Source: Octopus sinensis (Eukaryota). From it: a stretch of DNA of 64,000 nucleotides. This document shows positions 40,110 through 52,791 of this stretch, piece after piece. The notes beneath the pieces are model-generated. The model ran no database searches and was not told where the DNA came from. It saw nothing but the letters and a program-made list of their open reading frames with translations. How positions within the stretch are numbered: the first letter of the stretch is position 1; the number at the start of each line of letters is the position of its first letter. A program made the position numbers and the translations under genes. The DNA lies in assembly GCF_006345805.1 (NCBI RefSeq), contig NC_043015.1, positions 26,598,001 through 26,662,000 on the forward strand, written 5' to 3'.

Positions 40110-41560
40110 ATTAGAGATAAAACCACTATTAGGCAAATCAAACAGTGGAAAACATAAACCAAAACATAGAAATAAAATTAATTAATATAATATACAAAAT
40201 ATATAAAATATAAAATTCAAAATTTAAATTATTTAAATTTAAAGTTAAAAATTAAAAATTATTTATTTATATTTATAAATTTATATATATATAACTATCA
40301 AAAAGTATTAAAAAGTTTAATATAAGATAAAAAGTAAAACCACTACGATCGTTTTATGCCCATAACCTAATTCGAATAACAATAATTTAAATTCAATTAA
40401 TAATTCGAATTATGGTTATTGTCAATCTTCAGGTTAATGATAATAGTTAAATGAATAATCAAATATATTTAAACAATATTTTTTAAAGAAATAAAATAAT
40501 AATTTTTCTTATAAAAAAACTCTATTATCAAACTAGAAACTTTAATGATTATGATTATGTCATACAATCGATTATAATGTTAAATATTAATTTTTAAGGT
40601 AAGAATAGATAGAAAATGTATTTATCTATTCAGATATAATATGGCTTTAAAAAAACATAATACACTCACAAATATTCTAATCTCAGTTATAGTCAATACC
40701 TAATTACCTAAATATTTAATAATAAAAAAAAATAATCACTATTCATATTATTAAATTTAATTTCAAATCAAATAATTATATAATATTTGAATAATAACTA
40801 AATTGTCAATGAACATATATCAATGTATATAAATATAAGAATTAGGATCTAAAATTATCTCTATCAATAAATATATATGCACATATAATAAAAACCTAAT
40901 AAATTAATTATTCATTATTACTTATAAAATATATTAAAAATTAAAAGATTAAAGATGAGAAAGCAAATTGTAAACAAACAAACTATCTTAAAAGAACGCT
41001 ATAACCAATTAACGATCCATACATCTCGTTGGCTAATTTTAAAAAACCGTATAGTTAAGAATTAAAGTGAAATAATGAAATACATATCTTCAACAACTAA
41101 ATACTTATACAATGAAATTATCAATCGGTAGTTATATAGTATCCAATAAATACTACGAATATATTTATCAATGAAAAATACTACTACAAATTATCAATTG
41201 AAAAAAAGCATTATATAAGTTATAATAGAACGAAGTCAACTATTAGAGATATTTATGAATATACAAAATAGCTTTAAGAAAACATAATAAACTCACAAAT
41301 ATCCTTAACTCAGTTATAGTCCAAAAAATTATTCATATATTAGATTTAAGTACACATCTAACATTTATAAAATATTTAAAATAATAACAAAATAACTATC
41401 AACAAATATAGTTAACGACTAAAATTTATTATCTAAGTTATGTAAATAATTATTAGATTTTAACTCTACGTTTATTTGTAAGACTTTATTTAGCCAATGA
41501 GATATATAGATAGTTAATAGTAATACGAGTTGTTTCAAAGTTAGGTTTCATGTCTATACA
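40102..41560 (-). mobile_element. 3' terminal region of a second AT-rich Penelope element related to 13448-17730, with a decayed hammerhead at 40340-40435
   Basis: Shares AAATTAGAGA.AAAACCACTATTA.GCAAATCAAACA, CCACTACGATCGTTT and ATCGA.TATAATGTTAAATATTAA with 13536-13835. The core CTGAAGA is kept but GAAA reads AAAA. The far boundary is approximate. Confidence 0.75.
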
Positions 41561-43116
41561 TTTATTGATAGCATAAATTCTCTCTTCGCTATGTATTCTC
41601 TCTTCATTCTCCTTTTTTTCCTTCATCTCTTATATATCCATGCACCGAGTCTCCCCTTACTTCAACTAATATTTTGATCTCACTTTCACACTCAAGCCTC
41701 GCCCCTATTACCTATTCTCTTATTTCCCACCGCCAATCCTCTCTCTCTATCATATTCACTATTCATATTTATATATATTACTTTCAACTGCCAAAGTTTA
41801 TTCTTTCAGATGCTGTGGTAGGTGACACTCTTGTTATTGCATATACATTTGCTAACATATGTTCAATGCATGTATATGTAGACACACTCACCGCATTTCA
41901 GAAACAGCTGTAAAGCATGACAGAGATTCTCTTCTCTCCTATCAGTGACGTCAGAGCATGAAATCTTCGATACATCATCGACTTTTTTTTCGTGTTTTTT
42001 TTTGTTTGTTTGTTTCTGTTTCTGCTTAATCATATTTAATCTTGCATAAGTATAACTAATTAATAAATGTTTTGATGTCTTTATCAAACGTCTAACCATA
42101 TTTTATTTAATTCTACTCTATATAGAATATGCATGCGGGAAAACATGTAAGTATATGTACGTGTCTATACGTGAGTATAAATATATGCGTGTGGCGCATA
42201 ACTGAACCGTTTGAAGGTCGAATAGAATGCGATAGGTATACAGTATTAATATGTGTATGTATGTATGTATGTATGTATGAAGAGATAGATAGAAAGAGAG
42301 AGAGGGAGGGAGAGAGATCGAGAGATCGAGAGAAGCAAATCAATAAATAAATTGAGAGACGAACTCACAGCAAATAAATTGAATGGATACAGATATAAAT
42401 GGATCAATGTAAAATAGATGACGATAGCATGTTATGCATGAATGCATATATACATACGCATATATATGTATATGCATACATATATATATGTATATTATTC
42501 ACATGTATGTATGCATGGATGGATGTGTGTATGTGTATATATGTATATAAATGTATGTATACCTGTATGTGTCCGTATATGTTTGTAAACGTATCTTTAT
42601 ATATGTGCATCTATATCAATTGATATTCATATATATTTATTGTTTACTTGCGTGAATGTATGTGCTTGTATATTGCATGGGCCAGAGCTACAGTATGGGG
42701 GAAAATGGCGGGGGAGAATAGATTTTGGATAGTTTTAAGACTATGTATGTTGGTTTGACTCTACTTTACTATTTCAGTTGTCAACTTAGAATAAGGTAAA
42801 GTGCAGGTAACATGGTTGTCTTAAGGAGTTGTTTGAGTAGAAACGGAAGAAAGTCAATATCGAATCAGAGACGTTCTGGAGAGATGTATTGACAGAAATC
42901 TGGTTGAAGAACGTTTGAACAATGTTGAATAAGTTTGAATAAGGCTTCTACCTACACCGGAGGAAGGAGATATTCATCCGAAGAGCTTTGTGTTGAAACA
43001 ACGGCGTTGTTGTTGGATGAAGAAGAACGAGGTGAAAGGAGTAGATGTTTGTCAAATGTGCATATGTATGTGTGCATATATATAAATATATTTGTACATA
43101 ATATATATATATATAT

Positions 43117-43150
<34 letters not shown>

Positions 43151-43301
43151 GTGTGTGTGTGTGTGTGGTGTGTGTGTGTGTGTATGTATTGTATGCATAT
43201 ATATACACACATGAAAACTTACATACATACATGCATGCATACTTATATATATATATATACATATGTATTAGTGTTTGTGTACATATGTGTATATATATAT
43301 A

Positions 43302-43354
<53 letters not shown>

Positions 43355-43555
43355 ATATTATGCAGTATACATCATTTATAACATGTTGTTCTGCACAATG
43401 ACTTTGAGTGGAACTCATTCTAAGTTCGTGTGTATAGGAATGCAATGTAAATGATGTATGTATATAGCGTTATTATGAGCTCTGGTGTTTCAGATGTGTA
43501 TAATAATAATACACACGTGCACACACACTCACTCACTCACTCACTCACACACACA

Positions 43556-43613
<58 letters not shown>

Positions 43614-43928
43614 TCATACATATGTGCATGAAAATATTTACATAGACATTCAAATGTTGAATAAGAAGGAAACATAAAAAACATGTATGATTTAATGTAG
43701 GTAATATCCATTTTATGTCTATAATACCTATGTATATAACTTAACCCTCAGGTTTTAATCATGAATTCTTCCCATAAATAAAGAGTTACTTTCTAACCGA
43801 AAATCGTGGCTCCATCGCTGAAACCGTGATATCAGCGTTTACGAGTTACATGCATGTGTAAATCTAAATATGCATTTATATATGAATCTACTTATATGCA
43901 CACATACGTAGATATATACACATATAGC

Positions 43929-43996
<68 letters not shown>

Positions 43997-44171
43997 GAGG
44001 AGGAGGAGGAGGAGGAGGAGGAGGATGTTGTTACACGGATAGACGAATTATCAGACGGAAGACAGGAAAACCCAACCAGAGGACCTGAACACGCTCTCCC
44101 CTCATCAGTTATCGGCCAAAAATCTTCACAATTTCGACGCCTTATCGATAATATTATTCATTTTTGTAGTA

Positions 44172-44394
44172 AGGCGGTGAGCTGACAGAAACGTTAGCAC
44201 GCCGGGCGAAATGCTGAGCGTTATTTCGTGTGTCTTTACGTTCTGAGTTCAAATTCCGCCGAGGTCGACTTTGCCTTTCATCTTTTCGGAGTCGATAAAT
44301 TAAGTTCCAGTTACGTACTGGGCTCGATCTAATCAACTGTATCCCCCTCCCCAAAACTTTCGGGCCTTGTGACTAGAGTAGAAAAGATTATTAA
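44172..44394 (+). mobile_element. tRNA-derived SINE (abundant octopus-type), near full length
   Basis: GGCGGTGAGCTGACAGAAACGTTAGCACGCCGGGCGAAATGC head, B-box GAGTTCAAATTCC, core GCCTTTCATC.TTTCGGAGTCGATAAATTAAGT and tail AGAGTAGAAAAGATTATTA. Degenerate copies lie near 10562-10590, 12335-12405, 22265-22340 and 46900-47430. Confidence 0.85.
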
Positions 44395-46297
44395 TTTTTG
44401 AGGCTTCAGCAGCAAAATGCTGCTGGGGCATAAGTGAACAGACTGAAGTACAGAATGGGACAAAGGCAAAGTAAAAGAGGTTTCTAGTCCAAGCGATAGA
44501 ATATGTAAAATCCGAAGAAGTAAGAATGGTAACGGAAGCAAAATATTAAGCAATACTGGTGTTATTTTATTTATACATAGGTCTTTCGGCTACACGAAAG
44601 AATCAAGCGAAACAGAATAGTAAACAGAGAAAAAAAACCCAGATATTTGTTTCACTGCACACACAGACACACACTCACGTACGCAAACACGCACACACAC
44701 GCGCGCACACACATACATACACGCACGTGTACACAGACACTCACATATATGAATAGAGAAAGGGACATACATACGTACATACATACATGCATACGTACTT
44801 AATGCATGCATTCATAGAAGGCCTCATGACAATAAGACGGTTAATAATATACATGTGCAAAAGTAGCGCAAATACGAAAGAGTGTAATTCCAAGAGAAAC
44901 ATAATGAGTATAGGAGAATTGCACAAGACAAGCAGAAGTTGGAGGGATGATGAATTGAGAACGGTAGAAAGAAAAAAGAAACGAGAAGTAAAGGAATAAA
45001 GAAGAGAAATGTAGACCTCTATGTAGGGCTCCGCAGACAGTGGTGATAAATAATAAACAGGATAAAAACACCCAGATGATTTGGACACGCTCTCTCCTAA
45101 TCAATTACCGACCCCAAAACTTCACAGTTTCGACATCTTATTGATAATACGATTCATTTTCGTGAGACAAAAAAAAAGAGGGAGGGAGAGGATCAGTATA
45201 AAACATGGATTCCGCGAAACGCACGCTTAACAGAGTAGTTTCCTCCTACGGACTCGGCTATGAATTTACACAGTAATCACAATGTCAAGTGAGGCGTATA
45301 TAAAGCATACGGTGAGGAGGTATGAGAGGTGAATATAAATATATTTAATTATTTGTCTTCCATATATTTTTTCAGCCGTGTTGTAACTTTATAACTTCGG
45401 TGTTAATTTCAGAAATTATACATTCATGTTAGCATTATGTATGTTCAGCATTATACAGCAAAATGTTATTTTCACAAATTAATGCAATTAAAACAGTGTA
45501 CTTCATCAGATCACAAGAGCATCGAGATTGCATCAACAGTTCAAAAATTCACGCTTTATAATTTACAATGTATAGATGTCCAGAAATGTAAAAATAGCAT
45601 TGATTTGGTCAATATAAGGTAAACAAGAAATGAAAGACATCTTGTGCCGCAACTCACAAAGATTTTTCTTCCTTTCTTTTTTTTTGTCACATTAGAACAC
45701 ACTTAGATCAATTAAGGTAACGTGCCAGGTATTCCTGAATAACCTACTGAATAAAAATGCATATCGCGATGGTGTTGATGTGTGAGCGAGATTACTGTAA
45801 TTTCTGCTGTGGATGCTTTGCGACTTTTGTTGTGGTTGTGTAAAAGCTGAAGAGTACAGCTTCCTATTATAAAGTTGACAACTTCCCAGCCTCGAAGCAC
45901 TGATCCATGAATAATTGAAGATCTTTAAATTACCAGCCGATACATTCCCAACCGTTCTACCCATCTATGAAATACTTTGGTAATTCTTTTATAATTATTT
46001 AATTTTATTTCTGATTTCGTCTTATAATTTTGCTTATTAGTTTTACGATTGGTTCGAAGGCGTTTCAGAATGGTAAATTCCATAATTTTCTATGTGGTAC
46101 TTTAACTAAATTGATCTGAGAGCGTTCATATGGGTAATAAACTTCTTTTTTTATATGAATTACATTATAGTATGTCTTTAGTGTCTGCTTTTTACACACC
46201 AAATCAATGTAATATTGTCCAATTACTATTACTTACAATTAATTAATTACAAATAATATTGTTCCATTCATTGTAGATATAAAGGGTGAACTATTAA

Positions 46298-46447
46298 TGA
46301 AGATGAAGAAGAAGAAGAAGAAGAAGAAGAAGAAGAAGAAGAAGAAGAAGAAGAAGAAGAAGAAGAAGAAGAAGAAGAAGAAGAAGAAGAAGAAGAAGAA
46401 GAAGGAGGAGGGTGTGGAGGAGCAGAAGAAGAAGAAGAAGAAGAAGA
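46298..46447. repeat. (GAA)n microsatellite
   Basis: Seen directly. Confidence 0.95.
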
Positions 46448-46699
46448 TTAATGTAGCTATGACGTTCTGGTGATCTAGCGACCTAGCTTTCTTGATTTGC
46501 ATTTATTTGAGAATATACAGTTGCATTGTATAATTCTGAGCATACATATTAAAGGAAACATGTATGTATAATTTTTTGCATACTGAAACTTATTTTACAT
46601 AAAGAAGGTTATGAAACGGCCGTAGACATATGGACGTTATCTGGTTAAATAAATCTGTTTTAAGTTATCATTCCACCAGAATTTTTATTTGTACTTATA

Positions 46700-46885
46700 T
46701 GTGGGGTTGCTGAAAAGTTCCTGGATTTGGCTAAAAGAAAATACAGGAGGATCAGTTAATTATAATTTTATTCAACATATTCATGTCAGATTCACGCGCT
46801 CATTGCAGAGGTCCTGTAAAAGAACTTAAAAATAAGGCCTCCAGTCAGGGCTTTCACGATACCCTTAAAACCAGGAACGTTTACA
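46700..46885. mobile_element. Mariner-derived MITE remnant
   Basis: GGGGTTGCTGAAAAGTTCCTGG at the left end and CCAGGAACGTTT at the right end form a degenerate TIR pair. Confidence 0.45.
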
Positions 46886-48120
46886 ATTCACTGATATTGT
46901 ATTTTATCAACACTGGAAAAATGAAAGGTAAAGCTGATTTCGGCCGGATTTGAATTTTAAGCTCTAAGATCACACCATGTCGAAGTCAATTAGCCTTTGG
47001 TCCCTCTGGATTCTATAAAACAAAGAACCAGTCAAGTTATTCGTATCCACAAAAACCCATCCCTTAACATTGCTTGTTAGACTTTATTATTTTTTTTGTA
47101 TCTTTGTCTTTATTATAACTTAAACGAGACGGGTTAACCAATTATATTGATCTCAGCGTTTCTTCTGTACCTTATTTTATCAGATCCCGGTACGATAAAA
47201 AGTAAAATCGCCCTCAGAGAGACTTAAAATCAGAACATATCCGGTGGGAACGCATATTGCAAGGCATTTTACACTCCAAGTTCGAAACTTGCTAGGTTCA
47301 AAATTGCTCTTCTCCAATCCGTGCTTGATAAAATAAAGTACATGTCGAGTACTGGGGTCAGTAAAGTAGATTAACCCCTATCGAAAATTGTTGGCCTTGT
47401 TCTTATGCTACAAATCAGCAATTATTTGCTTTTTGTTTAGTTGTCCTTAAACACATCGGTCTGGGGACCTGCTGGCAAACGACGTTTTTTTCATCTTCTA
47501 ACGGTAAATATCCGATGTTTCTCGGCTGTTTTTACACATATACTGCGTTCGAAACTTTCTTCTTTTTCTCTTTCTCTCTCTCTCTCGCTCTCTCTCTATC
47601 TGTCTATATGAATAGCCACACACACACACACACACACACCACACACACACACACACATACACACCACACACACACACACACACACACACACACCACACAC
47701 ACACACATATGTGTTTGTGTGCTATTTAGTATTTCAGTGTGTGTGAAATCACGCGTCTGTTCGCTAGTAATCTGGATATTTAATTTTCTGGCGAATGTCG
47801 TAGTTTCCAACATGGTTTCTAACACATTTCACGAAATCCTGATTAATCATGGAATTGGCCGTAATTCTTCCAGAATAAATAGTCCACTAATTAAACCACA
47901 CCTGCCGTACATACAAAACACCCACACACACACTCACATACACACTTACCACCGCACACAACCACACATACTGTCACATGTTTGTGTGTGTGTAGTATAC
48001 ATATGCTTATTTGTGCACACTCACACACACTCACACACACACACACACACACATATACATACTTATACTATGCATGCAAAAGAACACAAATACTCACATA
48101 CACAGATACAAACATCATTA

Positions 48121-48162
<42 letters not shown>

Positions 48163-49629
48163 GAAGACCCGGTAAGCCGAGGAACTTGAACATACACTGG
48201 TGCATACATATACAGACACAAATGTATGAATGTCTACCACAAACGTATACACCATTGTCTATGTAAATATACATTTATATGTGAGTGTGTGTGGGGTTTA
48301 TAAGTACAAATATATATATATAATATATATATATATATAATATATATATATATACATACATATACACATACATATACATATATGCATACATATACATACA
48401 CACACGCGCGCACAAATACTAACAGAAACGTTTACGTACACATATACACACTGAAGTATACGCACACATTACGCATACACCCACGTACATATACGCATAT
48501 ATAATATATATGTAGTCATATACATACATTGATATATAAATATAAGTAAATACACACGTATGAATACATACAAAATGTGTGTGTGTGTATAAACGGGAAG
48601 AGAAAGAGTGAGAGTGAGAAAGAGAGAGTGAGAGAGAGAGAAAGAAAGAGAGTGAACTTCCTGTTGTGATCCAATAACGGAAATAAACGGGGGACCTAAC
48701 ATTGTATGCGAAGTTATTAGAGAAAGTAGTGGGGTGGGCGGGGAGCTTAATGAGGAGAGGGGGAAAAAGAAGAGGTGGGATGTAATTATGACGTTCGGTT
48801 AAATGAGGGGTGGGGTTGAGTGGTAATAAAGACGATTGTTGGACGGGTAGGTAAGGGTCGGAAAAAGAGAGGAAATGAACGGTCACCGAAGGCGACTATT
48901 AAAGACGATGGCGGGCGTTAGTGGGGATAACAATGATGGCGGTGGTGATGGCGAAAGCGGTAAAGATAATGGCAACGATGATGAGGATGAAGGTGATGTT
49001 AATAATGGTGATGAGGTGGAGGATGGGGAGGAGATGGAGATAGAAGATGGCGGTAGTGGTGGTGGTGATGGTGGTGAGGAATAAATGGATAATAAGGGTT
49101 ATGATGCAATAATGACGGCGAAGAGGAGGGTGACGGCGAAAACATTAATGACTTTGATAATGATGATGATGATGAGGAGGAGGAGGAGGAGGAGGGGGAG
49201 GGGGAGGAGGAGGAGGGCCGGGGGAGGAGAGGAGGAGGATAACGCCCCGATGACGTTCTTTACAATAAAGAGTTTTAGAAGGGCAGCACTGAAGAAGAAA
49301 TACGTTTGGAGAAAGTTTAAGCCAGAGAGATGGAGAAGAAGTAGGGACGAGTATGTAGAACAGAGGTAGAGAGAAAGGGAGAGAGAGAGACGGTCGGAGA
49401 AAGGGTGTGTACGAGATCGAGAAAGCGAGAGAGAGAAGTATTGTTATGTCACATCACGGTGTTCAGTCTTGTGAAATGTTGGTGTGCATTACGATGTTAA
49501 GTCGATCCTCAGAATGATTTTGTGTGAGTGTGTGTATATCTATATCTATATATAAGTATGTGTGTGCGTGTGTATTTGTATATATGTACATATGTATGCG
49601 TATGTACAAGGTGCATTGTAGAAACTTTC

Positions 49630-49960
49630 TTTCTGGAGAGTCATTCAATTTCAAAACAGTTCAAAACTCTAATCTCTGACTTCAATACACATCCTGTAAC
49701 ACACCAGTCACTTCTTGAAGGCGCCATAGAAGCGTTGCAGTGTGAAGGAGTTCGGGACTTTTATGTCACCTCCATGTTGTCAATATTTGGAAAACGACTG
49801 TAACTGGGGTGCTCCTTCCGCTTGGAGAACTAAGCCAAAAGCCACAGGAAGCAAGATTTAAACGGTAGGGATGGTGAATGACAGCTTGGTGGCCCATTTC
49901 TTACAAGTAGGCACTTACCAGAATGGAATTGGGGACTGAAGCATTGTCCTGGTACAGGTG
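49630..49960 (-). mobile_element. Mariner transposase C-terminal remnant
   Basis: The minus strand reads YQDNASVPNS (HQDNAP motif) and HPYRLNLASCGFW (HPPYSPDLAPCDFW motif). Confidence 0.7.
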
Positions 49961-50028
49961 TCAACGACCCGAGATCAGTGAAAAAGTTTTATGTTTTATA
50001 TAAAAATATAAATATTATTACAATAAAT

Positions 50029-50439
50029 AATATTATTTTCCAGCGAAAGAAAGCACCGTAAAGTTGGTCTCGGATCTGTTTATGGCTGGGTCTATTGACC
50101 GAGTATACAGGCATTGATATAGCGGGTATTTCAAGTTTAGTCTATTCGGTAGACCTAGCTGACGAGGACCAATTAGTTTTACGATAACAAACGTATTATG
50201 AAAGGATTGAAACTTGAGTACTAGGTTGTCTATTTCTCTGGCGTTCTTCCTAGAAGTAAGACATTTTTTTTTATTCGCCGCTCGCACAAATCGTTGCCTC
50301 TATACATTCAATGAAGCTTTACCTAGTGTTGAACGGTTATCGACTGCTATTTCCAGAAAAAAATGGTACCTTGTTGTGCAACTATTTCTTATTTATAATT
50401 CTATCTTTACGGTGCTTTATTTCGTTGGAAAATAATATT
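50029..50439. mobile_element. MITE of about 410 bp with 35-bp terminal inverted repeats
   Basis: AATATTATTTTCCAGCGAAAGAAAGCACCGTAAAG (50029-50063) against CTTTACGGTGCTTTATTTCGTTGGAAAATAATATT (50405-50439), 2 mismatches. A partial extra right end lies at 50451-50474. Confidence 0.8.
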
Positions 50440-51544
50440 GTTGTGTTGTATTTTCGCTGGAAAATAATATTATTGTGTTATAATAATATATATATTATTC
50501 ATTTGTTGCTATCATCGTTTCTCCTATCGCAACTCATTTCAATCTGAAATACAATTTCTATAAATGTCGTTGAGGCTAGTCGCTTAGTTCTTACCCTAAA
50601 AGATTAAAATCAAGGAATCACAAACTAATTTAATCCTGGATATTAAAATACTGATGGGATGAGGATCAGATTCAATATACATCTACAGATGCTTGGATGT
50701 ATTGTCAATGTTGAATTCTGGCGTCACTGGTGTTTGGATCTTGCAGCAAGTTTGCATTTATGCATTCTGCTCAAGTTTGTTGGAGACTAAACCTATGTTG
50801 AAGCGGCATTCTAGTGAATCCACCGATCAACTATTTTCAGCCAGAGCCTTCTTGTCACTTTGTGAACCACCATTTCGTTATTTTTTATTATTCTCCTTCA
50901 GCAAACTGACATGGCTGAGCTCCATAAGCCTTGATTAAAGTATGAGTTGCAAATATGTGTTTGCCAAAAGCCTCTTGCAAACAACTTGTTGTCCAGCCAT
51001 TCTTGCAGCAAATCTCCACCAACCCGTGGTAGTAATTTCTTCTTTTGAACTACCTCTAACATCTTCTCTGGAGATATAACTGATAATCCAGCCCTAATCT
51101 ATATATATATATATAAAACTGAGAATATGTATCTGTCTGTCTGTTTGTGTGAATCCCTGAAACTTGAGAACTACACAACTAATTTCATTCAAATTTTACA
51201 CATGCCTTACTTAGGGTCCATAGAGTGTCATGGGCAAAAGAATTCTTTTAACTTCTTGCCTAGGGTGAGCCGTTCAGTATTACGTGTTAAAAGTGAAACA
51301 AAAACATCTCTCTACTGTAATGTCAGACACTTTCACTTTACTACTGAAACTAATAAAGTAAAACTATTATATAACAGGGATGAACCATTAACAGTGGACA
51401 TCCATTTTGATAGAAAAAGATCCGCCATGGTCTTATGCGCTACACCACTGGTTTTCAATTCATATTAATCGAATTAATATTCAATTTTATACATATATAC
51501 ATGCATACATATATACACACATACACACACACACACATGCATAG

Positions 51545-51860
51545 GTGCAGGTGTGGCTGTGTGGTAACAAACTTGGTTCCAAAATACATGGTCCTCAGTT
51601 CAGTCCCACTATGTGGTAACTCGGCATGTGTCTTCTGCTATAGCCTCAGACCAACCAAAGCCTTGTTAGTGGATTTTGTAGACAGAAACTGAAATAAATC
51701 AATTGTATACATATGTAAATATATATGTGAGTCTATGTGTGTGTGTTTGTGTTTCTCCCTCATCACTGTTTCACAACTGGTGTTCGTTTATTTACATCCC
51801 CATAACTGACTGGTTTCGCAAGAAGAAACGGATAGAATAAGTACCAGGCTTATCAAAATA
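51545..51860 (+). mobile_element. tRNA-derived SINE (second family)
   Basis: A-box-like GTGGCTGTGTGGTAA, B-box-like CAGTTCAGTCCC, internal (GT)n and GATAGAATAAGTACCAGGCTT. Confidence 0.65.
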
Positions 51861-51960
51861 ATAAAAGCACTAGGCACTGTCTCATATTTTTGTTTGCCCA
51901 CTCAGTTGTATCTTTCAATTGATCTTTGTGTGTGTGTGTATACATACATACATACATACA

Positions 51961-52004
<44 letters not shown>

Positions 52005-52013
52005 GGGGGGGGC

Positions 52014-52045
<32 letters not shown>

Positions 52046-52047
52046 TT

Positions 52048-52230
52048 GGGGGGCAAAGGATAGTGATTGCGTCACCCATAGCCTCTCCTCTCCAGGTGTA
52101 ATGATCGCTGCAGAACTTCTACTTGGCTGCGCCTTGTGGAAAGTTCTTGCTAATGGCCTCTCCTGCACTACTGTGTCCACAACAGCACCTTCACGCGGTA
52201 CCCCCTGTTCTCACTGAGCCTGCTGTGTGG
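52048..52230 (+). ncRNA. HDV/CPEB3-like self-cleaving ribozyme candidate at the RTE 5' end
   Basis: P1 GGGGGGC (52048-54) with ACCCCCT (52200-06); P3 ACC/GGT; L3 TTCACGC; GT; J4/2 CTGA (C52214); P2 CACAACAGC with GCCTGCTGTG. Confidence 0.7.
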
Positions 52231-52791
52231 CGCGACCGGGTGCTTGGCGGTATAACCAGGTGGGCAGACTGGGCTCGTTAGCCTTGGTTGGCAGCCAGTC
52301 TAGGAGAAGGAAAACTCTGACTCCAAACCCTCGCTCCGCTGCCTTGCGGATGCTCTTGGGAGAGGGAAAGGCTATGGGAGTAAACCCAGACAGAAAATCC
52401 GGAGTGGAGCCCCGAAGGCGGTAGGGTGTCCAATCTCGACCCCTTTCCGGCAACTCCTGCAGCCAACCAGACTCCAAACGTACTGCACTGCATTCCTTTG
52501 GATTATGTCTGGGGGGCCGAGAGGGAGATTCTGGTGTCTGGGCAGCCCAGTGTCTTCGTTTCTACCGCCCAGGCTTGCGCCATGGAGAAACTACTCCATC
52601 GATGGAACAAGCTGAGATGGCAGTTACGAGTTATAAGCCAGGGTGAATTGACGTAATCCCGGGCGCTACGGGCCGCCTCTAACGGTGGGAGGGATCATTG
52701 AAGTCCCACTGGTCAGCTACCGCCCGCCTTAAGCTGGGAAGCCCCCGGCCAATAATGGTGCTGACCCGCCACAGACTGCCCGCTTCAATGG

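Noticed and set aside
42780-43060. Unique-looking segment with a short Ser-rich minus-strand frame as a host exon
   Set aside because: No recognisable protein motif or clear splice pair; it cannot be supported without transcripts.
44070-44145. GAAA...CTGATGA on the minus strand as a type II hammerhead
   Set aside because: Stems II and III do not pair convincingly.
44172-44260. tRNA gene
   Set aside because: The A/B-box-like head continues into a SINE core and tail, and no cloverleaf is evident.
48875-49369. Acidic Gly/Asp- and Arg-rich ORFs
   Set aside because: Low-complexity (GAT/GGT/AGG)n sequence with no domain or splice support.
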